Assembly: GCA_004284765.1 (NCBI GenBank)
Contig: NQJD01000004.1
Span: 30,001 to 62,000, forward strand
Reading direction: 5' to 3'
Source of the DNA: Candidatus Electronema aureum
GTDB taxonomy: Bacteria; Desulfobacterota; Desulfobulbia; Desulfobulbales; Desulfobulbaceae
Length of the DNA: 32,000 nucleotides
Numbering within the stretch: position 1 is the first letter of the stretch; the number at the start of each line of letters is the position of its first letter. Under the pieces are notes generated by a model, which was not told the origin of the DNA, did no database searches, and was given only the letters and a program-made list of their open reading frames with translations. Below, in pieces: positions 24,472 to 32,000 of this stretch. Made by a program: the position numbers and the translations under genes.

Positions 24472-25311
24472 TCAGCTCAAGGCTACGTCTAAAATCATCA
24501 TTAAGGTAAATCCCATCATAGTTGCCATAGTTGCTAAATCGATATTTTCATATTGCCGCTGCGACTCTGGGATTAGCTCTTCTACCACCACAAAAATCAT
24601 CGCTCCAGCGGCAAAACAGAGGGCAAAGGGCAGAATGCTCTGGAGTTGCAGAACAAATAAAGCACCAGCAACGGCGGCAATTGGCTCAACCATGCCGGAA
24701 AGCTGACCGAGAAAAAAACTTTTCCCTCGCGACATTCCCTCTCTTCTTAAAGGCAGGGCCACTGCTGCGCCTTCAGGAAAATTTTGCAAGCCTATACCAA
24801 TGGCCAAAGCGATTGCACCGCCGATGGTCGCGGCAGGCAGTCCAGCAGCGACTGCACCAAAAGCCACCCCGACCGCAAGTCCTTCTGGAATATTGTGTAG
24901 GGTGATGGCCAGCACCAAGAGTGTGCTGCGCTGGAGAGAGGTTTTGATACCCTCCTTTTTCTCCATTTCTAATCCCGGATGCAGGTGGGGCAAAAATTTA
25001 TCAATCAAACGCATGAAAATGCCGCCACCCATGAAGCCGACCGCTGCTGTCAGCCAAGGAATCTGACCCATCTGCTCTGCCATCGCGATTCCTGGGGCAA
25101 GCAAAGACCAGAAGCTCGCAGCAGTCATCACTCCAGCGGCAAAACCGAGCATAGAATCCATCAATCGGTTATCGACGTTTTTGGTCAAAAAAACTATTGC
25201 TGCTCCGGCGGCAGTAACGGCCCAAGTGAAAAGCGTGGCGGCAAGGGCTTGGCTGACGGGATGATGCTCAAGGAACGTGGTCATTGCTGGCGCAGAATTC
25301 GTTTCCGCCAA
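24472..25311 (-). CDS. ZIP family divalent metal transporter (ZupT/GufA-like)
   Basis: Multi-pass membrane protein with [15 protein letters not shown] and [17 protein letters not shown]. An alternative start, ATG 25284 (MTTFLEHH...), forms an ATGA overlap with the upstream glycosyltransferase stop. Confidence 0.9.
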   Translation of the reverse strand: MAETNSAPAMTTFLEHHPVSQALAATLFTWAVTAAGAAIVFLTKNVDNRLMDSMLGFAAGVMTAASFWSLLAPGIAMAEQMGQIPWLTAAVGFMGGGIFMRLIDKFLPHLHPGLEMEKKEGIKTSLQRSTLLVLAITLHNIPEGLAVGVAFGAVAAGLPAATIGGAIALAIGIGLQNFPEGAAVALPLRREGMSRGKSFFLGQLSGMVEPIAAVAGALFVLQLQSILPFALCFAAGAMIFVVVEELIPESQRQYENIDLATMATMMGFTLMMILDVALS

Positions 25312-27446
25312 GAACTTAAAGCCGATTCACACGGTTTGATGCCGTTTGCAAAGCTGACAGGATGCTCATCAAAAAATTGCTGCACTCCGCTTTCTTTCAG
25401 CTTGATAGAAATTTCGAGCAGATCGCCAAAAGCTACTTCGCTCGATTCTATTTTTGGAAGAACAAGAATCGGATATTTACCTTTTGAAAACGCAACGTCT
25501 TTTCGATCAGAAAAAATCCACTTCAAGTCCCCAGATAAAAAAAGGATTTGAAATTCTTCTTGCTTCCGAAAAGTCATTATGTCTCTATTCTGTGTTTTAT
25601 TACGCACAGTGATGAAAGCTATCTCAATAATGCCGACCCGACGGCTGGGATCAAGCCGAAGCCAGAGCGGAGATTCTTCAACTGGCAACTCAAAGGAAAT
25701 CGTCGCCCATTCTTCAGCAGGGTAATGCTGCTGCAATTCGTTGTCACTGAACTTTCCGTCTTTGTCCCAGTACAAGTGTACGACATTACGTCTGTCGCTT
25801 TCATCTTGCCTTACCTTTTTTGTTGTGTCAACGATACTGATCTGCTTCCCAGTGAAAAACTGCTGAATGCCAGTTTCTTTTATCTTGATGGAACATTCAA
25901 GCAGGTCGCCGATACAGACCTTGTCCGCTTCTATTGATGGCAAAATGAAGCCAGAATGTGGACCATAAGACAACATAACATTTTTCCGTTCAGGAAAAAT
26001 CCACTTAATATCGCCAGTTAAAAGAAGAAGGCTGAATTCATCTGGTTCTTGAAATATCAGGATTTCCGTATCCTGTGTTTTGTTCTGCAATGTGATAGAA
26101 GAAATCTCGGTAATGCCGACATGGAGGCTTGGATCAATTTTGAGCCAAAGTGGCAGCTCGTCGACCCGCAGCTCAAAGGTGAATTTTACCCATTTTCCGC
26201 TTCGATAATGTCGCTGCTGCGACTTTTTGTCGGTAAATTTTCCTTGGCTATCCCAAAAAAAATGGACAAAATTGTGTAAGTCAGCTGTATTGCCCAACCA
26301 CTCGGCCTTTTCGCGGGTGGCAAAAATTTCTTGAGCTTTGGCCCTGACAGAAGATTTCAGGGTGTCATACAGTGCTTTTGTGTATTTGCTGAGATATTTA
26401 CGGCTTGCAGGTCTTTCTACCGCAATTTTCAGTAGGGCCTGCTCAAACTGGACGGCGCAGGCTTCCCAGTCTGGCCATGCCGCCGCCGTTGCCGCTCCCC
26501 CCTGCTTGAGCCGCTCCAGTTCTGCCGGATTTTCCTTCAAATGCCGCAGCAGGCGCACCACCTGCTCTTCGTCGTCCGTGGCTGCCACATAGGCGTTTTG
26601 GTCATGAACGATATACTCATCATGGCCGGTGACATCATAGACCAAGGCGGTGCCGCCGCAGTGAAACATCTCGAGCGGCGGGCCAAACATGCCTTCTACG
26701 TGACTTAATTTCAGCACCAGATCGCAGGAGCGATATACCGCTGGGGTTTCGTGAATTGGCACTCGCGAAAATACCCGATCAGCATCGGGATGCGCCTTGA
26801 TGTCGGAGGAAGTGAGTAGCCAGACCTCGTCGGCACCAGCCCGCCGTGCCAGTCGGAGCGAAATAGGTACATTTTTAAAGGAAACCTCTACCGGTCCTTC
26901 CACCAACACCCGGAAGCGGCCCGGTTTACGAGGATCGACCGCCTCGCCAACAGCGGTGTAAATGTCCTTGCGAATGCCGTTGCGCACCAGAAACGGCCAT
27001 TTATTGTAATTACGGTATAGATATTTTTGAATCCACGCCGCTTCGGTGATCACCGGAATGGTGCATGCGTAGGTTTTTTCACACAACTTCTGCCAGATAA
27101 GATTTTCGGTATTACGGAAATTGAGCGGATTCGGCAGATCAAAAAAACGGCTTTCGATAGACTGGACAAAGTAGACGTAATGGACGGCTTTGAGCTGACG
27201 AAGGAGGAAAAAGGTCTCCCACCACGTGGCAAGAACGATATCAAAATGTTCAGCTCTCGCCTGCTTGACAGTCAGCCAGTCCAGCTCGCTGGCAGAGCTG
27301 TGCCAAGCGTGTTCTTCTGGCTTAACATTCTGTCGGGTAATAATGGCGACCCGGTGGCCCTTTCGCTTCAGGCGGGAGGCGTGTTCATAGATGACGTAGC
27401 TACCACCGCTGATGCCGGGCGAACCGAGGAGAAAACCGATGTTCAT
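25281..27446 (-). CDS. GT4-like (GT-B) glycosyltransferase with duplicated C-terminal domain of unknown function
   Basis: The likely start is ATG 27446 ([23 protein letters not shown], the usual GT-B beta1). The ORF-track start at 27518 would overlap wzt by 59 nt. The C-terminal Rossmann half has [30 protein letters not shown]. Two ~160-aa paralogous domains follow. Confidence 0.8.
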   Translation of the reverse strand: MNIGFLLGSPGISGGSYVIYEHASRLKRKGHRVAIITRQNVKPEEHAWHSSASELDWLTVKQARAEHFDIVLATWWETFFLLRQLKAVHYVYFVQSIESRFFDLPNPLNFRNTENLIWQKLCEKTYACTIPVITEAAWIQKYLYRNYNKWPFLVRNGIRKDIYTAVGEAVDPRKPGRFRVLVEGPVEVSFKNVPISLRLARRAGADEVWLLTSSDIKAHPDADRVFSRVPIHETPAVYRSCDLVLKLSHVEGMFGPPLEMFHCGGTALVYDVTGHDEYIVHDQNAYVAATDDEEQVVRLLRHLKENPAELERLKQGGAATAAAWPDWEACAVQFEQALLKIAVERPASRKYLSKYTKALYDTLKSSVRAKAQEIFATREKAEWLGNTADLHNFVHFFWDSQGKFTDKKSQQRHYRSGKWVKFTFELRVDELPLWLKIDPSLHVGITEISSITLQNKTQDTEILIFQEPDEFSLLLLTGDIKWIFPERKNVMLSYGPHSGFILPSIEADKVCIGDLLECSIKIKETGIQQFFTGKQISIVDTTKKVRQDESDRRNVVHLYWDKDGKFSDNELQQHYPAEEWATISFELPVEESPLWLRLDPSRRVGIIEIAFITVRNKTQNRDIMTFRKQEEFQILFLSGDLKWIFSDRKDVAFSKGKYPILVLPKIESSEVAFGDLLEISIKLKESGVQQFFDEHPVSFANGIKPCESALSSWRKRILRQQ
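25345..26280 (-). repeat. Tandem duplication of a ~160-aa coding domain (offset 483 nt)
   Basis: [16 protein letters not shown]...[28 protein letters not shown]...[11 protein letters not shown]...[19 protein letters not shown] matches [16 protein letters not shown]...[28 protein letters not shown]...[11 protein letters not shown]...[19 protein letters not shown]. About half of the residues are identical by eye. Confidence 0.8.
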
Positions 27447-27459
27447 GAGAATGTACTTT

Positions 27460-28752
27460 TCAACTGAACGCCGCAGGAAAAACTGACAACGAAGTGAGAT
27501 TATTGTTGAACATTCCATGAATAGAGCGACCTGGAGTCACAGCAGTCATGGAGACGATATTGTGTGCCCAGCACTGGATGACATGGCCAAGAGCAATTGT
27601 TCCTTGTCCAATGCCGACGGTAATGGTGTATTTATCGGGATAAACTTCAGGCCAAGAAAAGGAATATTCCACAAGGCTGTCGCCTGCCTCAAGGTACGAG
27701 GCAGGACGCTCCAAACACAGGCTGTTTTCACCAAAAACGGCGTTCCCCACCCGATCTCTGATGTTGTAACCAAAGATCATTTCCTCCAAAGCTGATTTAG
27801 CATGAACCAACAGCCGAATGGTGATTAAATCGCCTTTCTGTACCAGATTTACCGGTTTGCCTTCGCTGGTGACGCTTAGATATTCAATCGCCACTTGTTC
27901 AGCCCCGGAGCGTTTTTCTTGCGGTACCTTGATCCAATCGGCAAAATCCTCTGGCAGGCCTGAAGCGGTCGGCAGCGTGTTTTCTATACGCTCAACCCGT
28001 TTTTTTCCACCACTGAAATGTTCCTCATGTAAGATTTTGGTGTATTCGCTCACCGCCTCTACCGGATCGCCGTCAAAGGAAATCCGTCCATTTTCCAGTA
28101 GTAATGCCCGATTACAAAGATTAACCACAGAGTGCATGTCATGACTGACTAAAACGATAGTGCAGCCTGCCATCATTTTTTTCATGTGGGCCATACACTT
28201 CTGCTGAAAAAAAATGTCACCAACCGCGAGTGCTTCATCGACAATCAAAATTTCTGGCTGCACACTGACTGCGGCGGCAAAAGCCAGCCGGATATACATA
28301 CCACTGGAGTAGGTTTTTACCGGGCGGTCAATGAATTCGCCAATATCGGCAAAATCAGCAATCCGCTGAAAACGAGAATCAGTATCTTCTTCGGAAATCC
28401 CCTGAATAGCGGTGTTCAGATAAACGTTTTCGCGCCCGGTGAATTCCGGGTTGAAACCTGCTCCCAATTCCAGCAAAGCAGAAATGCGGCCATTAACCTG
28501 CACTGCCCCTGTGGTCGGCTGCTGAATGCCAGTGATGAGCTGAAGCAGCGAAGATTTACCGCTGCCGTTGCGTCCGATAAGACCGAGAGCCTCGCCTTGA
28601 CGCAGCTCAAAGTTGATGTTGTCGAGGGCGCGAAAAGGTGTATGGTATTTTTTGCCCGCAGGATGAAAAATTTCCAGCAGCCGGTGAACGGGCTTGTTAT
28701 AGAGCGCATAAACCTTGCTTGCATTGCGGACGGAGATAGCCAAATCAGACAT
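27460..28752 (-). CDS. wzt: Wzt/TagH-type polysaccharide ABC exporter ATPase with C-terminal glycan-binding (Wzt_C-like) domain
   Basis: Walker A is GLIGRNGSGKSSLL, the signature is YSSGMYIRLAFA, and Walker B is ILIVDEALAVGD. An extra ~180-aa C-terminal beta-rich domain follows (IEYLSVTSEGKPVNLVQKGDLITIRL...YTITVGIG). Confidence 0.9.
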   Translation of the reverse strand: MSDLAISVRNASKVYALYNKPVHRLLEIFHPAGKKYHTPFRALDNINFELRQGEALGLIGRNGSGKSSLLQLITGIQQPTTGAVQVNGRISALLELGAGFNPEFTGRENVYLNTAIQGISEEDTDSRFQRIADFADIGEFIDRPVKTYSSGMYIRLAFAAAVSVQPEILIVDEALAVGDIFFQQKCMAHMKKMMAGCTIVLVSHDMHSVVNLCNRALLLENGRISFDGDPVEAVSEYTKILHEEHFSGGKKRVERIENTLPTASGLPEDFADWIKVPQEKRSGAEQVAIEYLSVTSEGKPVNLVQKGDLITIRLLVHAKSALEEMIFGYNIRDRVGNAVFGENSLCLERPASYLEAGDSLVEYSFSWPEVYPDKYTITVGIGQGTIALGHVIQCWAHNIVSMTAVTPGRSIHGMFNNNLTSLSVFPAAFS

Positions 28753-28761
28753 ATTTTTACT

Positions 28762-29562
28762 CTACAGCACGTCGGGAAACTGAGGCTTCAGCTTTCTGAA
28801 AATATATGCGCCACAGGCTAATGCTGCTGCGGTGATTGACCAAAAATAGGCGGTGTGCAAGGGATGTGACCAAAACGGCTGGAAGGTAATGAACGATTCT
28901 CGGTAGCCCTGCACGATATAATAGACCGGATTGAGCTTGAGTAATCGCTGAATTTTTGAACTCATCATGCTGATGTCCCAAAAGATCGGCGTGACCCAGA
29001 AACCGATCTGGAGTGTAACTGCAACTAACTGGGCTACATCACGGACAAAAACATTAAGGGCAGCCAAGGCCCAAGCGATGCCGAGCGACAACATTAACAG
29101 GCAAAGGAGGTAATACAGGGCCTGCAAATAGTAGAGGCTAAAGGGCATTTGTTGAAAAAGCAGCAACACCAGCAGCACAGAGAGAAAAATTCCATGCGTC
29201 ACTAAGCTGGACAGAATTTTCACCACCGGCAGTATCTGAGAGGCGAAAATGGTTTTTTTCACCAAATGAGCATGAGCCAAAATGATATTAGTAGAGCCAC
29301 TGACAATGTCAGAAAAAATATACCAAGGGGCCAGCCCAGCAGTGAGCCAGACTACAAAAGGCACGTCATGGAGCGGCTGAGTTTTGAAGCCGACGCTGAA
29401 AACAAACCAAAAAACCGTAATCATCACGATTGGATGAATCAGCGTCCACAGTAGCCCAAGCGAAGAGGCTACATATTGAGCGCGCAGCTCCCGCGCTGCC
29501 ATCGCAATAATCAGCTGGCGGCGGGCGTAAAGCAGGCGAAAAAAGGCAAGCAGGCTGTTCAT
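28762..29562 (-). CDS. wzm: Wzm ABC-2 type polysaccharide exporter permease
   Basis: The 266-aa protein has six predicted TM helices. The N-terminus LLYARRQLIIAMAARELRAQYVASSLGLLWTLIHP is typical of ABC-2 permeases. It lies 9 nt upstream of wzt. Confidence 0.9.
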   Translation of the reverse strand: MNSLLAFFRLLYARRQLIIAMAARELRAQYVASSLGLLWTLIHPIVMITVFWFVFSVGFKTQPLHDVPFVVWLTAGLAPWYIFSDIVSGSTNIILAHAHLVKKTIFASQILPVVKILSSLVTHGIFLSVLLVLLLFQQMPFSLYYLQALYYLLCLLMLSLGIAWALAALNVFVRDVAQLVAVTLQIGFWVTPIFWDISMMSSKIQRLLKLNPVYYIVQGYRESFITFQPFWSHPLHTAYFWSITAAALACGAYIFRKLKPQFPDVL

Positions 29563-29601
29563 TGCATCGTGACTTGCGGCAATTTCATTTCATTTTTTTG
29601 T

Positions 29602-29754
29602 TTAAAACAACGTGTAAATGAAAGGAGCGATCGCAGAGCCTTCAGAAAGAACGATCAGCGCACCCAGCATCACGATAACCAAGATGATCGGAGCCAGCCA
29701 GAATTTTTTTCGCTCTCGCAGGAATCCCCAAAGGTCTTTCAAAAGTTCAAGCAT
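29602..29754 (-). CDS. DUF5989 / SxtK-like 50-aa membrane mini-protein (absent from the supplied ORF track)
   Basis: Hand translation of the minus strand gives MLELLKDLWGFLRERKKFWLAPIILVIVMLGALIVLSEGSAIAPFIYTLF, then TAA. GGAGA lies 7 nt before ATG 29754, 14 nt after the SxtJ-like stop. The sequence closely matches my memory of the DUF5989 family consensus. Confidence 0.75.
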   Translation of the reverse strand: MLELLKDLWGFLRERKKFWLAPIILVIVMLGALIVLSEGSAIAPFIYTLF

Positions 29755-29768
29755 AGTGTTGTCTCCTT

Positions 29769-30197
29769 TCAATAAGGACGGTGCAAATTTTGTGATTTTG
29801 GTTGGTTAGAATCAAGACGGTAACTCTTCAGCAGCACATCAAAGCTGCGCTGCATAGGGTCTTTGCCCATCAGTCTGATGATAAAGGCGACCGGCGTGAA
29901 AATCACCAGAAAAACTATTCCCAAGATAATTCTGGTATTGATCCAACCGAGAATATGACCCAAAAACATCCACCCCCTATGCAGAGGGCCAAGCAGTTGA
30001 GGCGCGGCCAAACTGAGTATTGCCAACGCAGCAGCCAGTAGCCAAGGCCAGCTCATCAGATGAATTCCTTTCCCTTTCAGCAGGGGGAAGAGAAGACCAA
30101 AAAAAAGAATAAATCCTCCTGCAAGAATGAAGCCAAATTTCCTAAGGTCATCATTAAAACCTACTTTTTCCGCATGATATTTCATTTGATTGTTCAC
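29769..30197 (-). CDS. SxtJ-like small membrane protein
   Basis: The 142-aa protein has 3-4 TM helices. FGFILAGGFILFFGLLFPLLKG...LHRGWMFLGHILGWINTRIILGIVFLVIFTPVAFIIRLMGKDPMQRSF matches the SxtJ family pattern from memory. The GTG start has AAGGA 7 nt upstream and overlaps the upstream stop (GTGA). Confidence 0.8.
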   Translation of the reverse strand: MNNQMKYHAEKVGFNDDLRKFGFILAGGFILFFGLLFPLLKGKGIHLMSWPWLLAAALAILSLAAPQLLGPLHRGWMFLGHILGWINTRIILGIVFLVIFTPVAFIIRLMGKDPMQRSFDVLLKSYRLDSNQPKSQNLHRPY

Positions 30198-31219
30198 TTT
30201 TCATCCTTCATTATTTTTCTCAGCTCATCAGCCAATACCTTTCCGGCGATATGATGTCCTTTTGACCCCCAATGCGCTTTATCAGCGGCTCTGACAACAA
30301 CCCCCTCTTTTTCGCTCCGTTCAACCGCTTCAGAAACCATAGGCAAAGAAATAAATCCAGCTTTTTGGGTGACACGAATCCACGCCTCTTTTTCTTGAGA
30401 GGTACTTGTGCTGCACGTAAATGTGAAGAGCTTTGTCTCTTTTGGCACAGAATCAGCCATCATTTTTAAAAGATTTTGCGTTATCCGTTCAGCTTCCGCA
30501 GTATCTTTTATCGTTTTTTCTTTGTCGTTAAGCGATTGAGGGGGATAATATCCCTTATATATTTTAAACTGCATTTTTTGAACAGACAAATCAATGCCTC
30601 TGAATAAATATGAATTTGCATATAAAAATCTATACACATCTGCATCTCGATACACGATCTTGTCGCCACCATAATATGGTCGAAGATTTTTTTGATTTCT
30701 TACGATCATTTTTTCTTCAAGAATGAAGCTATTATTCGAAAAATCATTTGAACAAAACTGCAAGACGAAATAATCAGGACGTATTATATTGATGTATTTT
30801 TTCGTGATGATCAACTCTTGGAGGGTTCCATATCCTCCCCCTCCAAAAGCAAAAATTTCTACGTCGAGATTTTTTTTAACCTGATCGTAATACGCATCTT
30901 CGTCAGACATATTTGGATCACCTGTAAAAGAGTCTCCAATGAAAAATATTTTCTTCTTGTCAGTATCAATATTCCCCCATGATCTGAATCCATGCTGATC
31001 CGTTGAAAGGACTATATTATAATTAACCCCAGCTGCATCTGGTCTAACAACGCTGTAATGGGTGCTTTTCTTAGGAACCCAACCAACTTCTTGATCATAC
31101 TGATAGATACAACCTCTTGAAGCGTATCGGTAATACAGCTCTCCAAATGCAATTATTGTTAAAAAAGTCATAACTGGAATAGCTGCTAATACGATCCAGT
31201 ATATCTTTTTTCTTATCAT
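30194..31219 (-). CDS. Membrane-anchored SGNH/GDSL-like hydrolase
   Basis: N-terminal TM helix: IYWIVLAAIPVMTFLTIIAFG. Block I is FFIGDSFTGD, block III-like is LQFCSNDFSNN, and block V-like is DKAHWGSKGH. GC content is markedly lower than in both neighbours. Confidence 0.7.
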   Translation of the reverse strand: MIRKKIYWIVLAAIPVMTFLTIIAFGELYYRYASRGCIYQYDQEVGWVPKKSTHYSVVRPDAAGVNYNIVLSTDQHGFRSWGNIDTDKKKIFFIGDSFTGDPNMSDEDAYYDQVKKNLDVEIFAFGGGGYGTLQELIITKKYINIIRPDYFVLQFCSNDFSNNSFILEEKMIVRNQKNLRPYYGGDKIVYRDADVYRFLYANSYLFRGIDLSVQKMQFKIYKGYYPPQSLNDKEKTIKDTAEAERITQNLLKMMADSVPKETKLFTFTCSTSTSQEKEAWIRVTQKAGFISLPMVSEAVERSEKEGVVVRAADKAHWGSKGHHIAGKVLADELRKIMKDEK

Positions 31220-31240
31220 AAAACAAACTATTGAACTACT

Positions 31241-32000
31241 TCAATCCAGCTCAAATTCCTGCATCCACTTCTTGTCATCGTCCCATTTAGGCTGTTCCGG
31301 CTTGAGAAGCAGATAATTTTCAATCACCAAGCAGTCCATGTTGGTGCGCATGAAGCAGCGGTAGGCATCTTCTGGGGTGCAGACAATCGGCTCGCCGCGC
31401 ACGTTGAACGAGGTGTTGACCAGCACCGGACAGCCGGTTTTCTCCTTGAACGCGCTGGCCAAGGCATGGTAGCGGGGATTGGTTTCGGTATGGATGGTCT
31501 GGATGCGAGCCGAGTTGTCCACATGAGTGATCGAAGGCAAGGTGGAGCGAAGCACGTTCAGCTTTTCAATGCCAAAAAGCTGCTGTTGCGCTTCGGTCAT
31601 GGGAATGCGGTGCTCCTCTTTGACATCGGCCACGATCAGCATGTACGGGCTAGGCCGGTCCAGCTTAAAATATGCGGACACGTCCTCGGCAAGCACTGAC
31701 GGGGCAAAAGGACGGAACGACTCGCGGAATTTGATCTTCAGATTCATCACTGACTGCATTTTGCTGCTGCGCGGATCGCCGATGATTGAGCGACCGCCGA
31801 GCGCACGCGGCCCGAACTCCATCCGTCCTTGGAACCAGCCGAGCACCTGCTCGTCAGCCAGTAGCTGGGCTAATTGGGGCATGAGCTGCTCGTCGGCAAT
31901 TTTTGCATAACGTGCGCCCAAGGCATTCAGGCATGATTCTATGTCTGTCGCCGCAAATCGCGGCCCCAGATATGATCCAGACATGGCATCATGCACATTG
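31241..32000 (-). CDS. Carbamoyltransferase (NodU/CmcH/SxtI family), C-terminal part only; continues beyond the window
   Basis: The frame is open to nt 32000; the track start at 31996 is an internal GTG. C-terminal domain motifs are MEFGPRALGGRSIIGDPR, KIKFRESFRPFAPSVL, ITHVDNSARIQT and VLVNTSFNVRGEPIV. Confidence 0.9.
   Translation of the reverse strand, partial: NVHDAMSGSYLGPRFAATDIESCLNALGARYAKIADEQLMPQLAQLLADEQVLGWFQGRMEFGPRALGGRSIIGDPRSSKMQSVMNLKIKFRESFRPFAPSVLAEDVSAYFKLDRPSPYMLIVADVKEEHRIPMTEAQQQLFGIEKLNVLRSTLPSITHVDNSARIQTIHTETNPRYHALASAFKEKTGCPVLVNTSFNVRGEPIVCTPEDAYRCFMRTNMDCLVIENYLLLKPEQPKWDDDKKWMQEFELD

Noticed and set aside
28186-28821. 211-aa plus-strand ORF opposite wzt, and similar antisense ORFs at 24979-25551 and 19285-19836
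   Set aside because: Each is fully antisense to a CDS with unambiguous family motifs (Walker A/B, ZIP HNxPEG, the CydA-like helices), and none has a motif of its own.

Overview
This is a 32-kb, roughly 50% GC, gene-dense bacterial chromosomal window, transcribed almost entirely from the minus strand. Taxon cannot be proven from sequence. The two-CW domain protein, the CydA-like/cytochrome c fusion and the Tfp-type chemosensory genes suggest a Desulfobacterota-like anaerobe (low confidence).
Layout:
(i) 2-1389 (+): two translationally coupled helical periplasmic proteins resembling PilJ-N/NarX sensor bundles.
(ii) 1465-1779 (-): a two-CW cysteine-rich mini-protein.
(iii) 1943-15466 (-): an eight-gene chemosensory operon bracketed by two clear intrinsic terminators. 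It encodes a REC-PATAN-TPR-REC regulator, a PilH-like CheY, a CheW, and a 1565-aa ChpA-like kinase with four Hpt domains, three of them tandem paralogues. It also encodes two divergent CheW-like proteins (one with an acidic repeat region), a 1006-aa MCP with a ~530-aa tandem Cache-like periplasmic region, and an orphan LivK-type binding protein. There is no CheR or CheB inside the unit.
(iv) Housekeeping trpS and rsmB.
(v) 18691-19965 (+): an orphan CydA-like membrane protein fused to a cytochrome c domain.
(vi) A secreted peptidoglycan-binding protein built from ten 23-residue repeats.
(vii) 22123-32000 (-): a co-directional gene string. In order of transcription: carbamoyltransferase (partial), a low-GC SGNH hydrolase, an SxtJ-like protein, a 50-aa DUF5989/SxtK-like ORF missing from the ORF track, and a Wzm/Wzt glycan ABC exporter. 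These are followed by a GT4 glycosyltransferase with a duplicated unknown C-terminal domain, a ZIP metal transporter, a DUF5329 protein and an aldolase/SDR fusion.
I saw no rRNA, tRNA, CRISPR array, transposase or integrase by eye. The best candidate for something new is the atypical Tfp-class chemosensory system and its acidic, motif-rich accessory parts. All family assignments are by eye and from memory, with no searches run.
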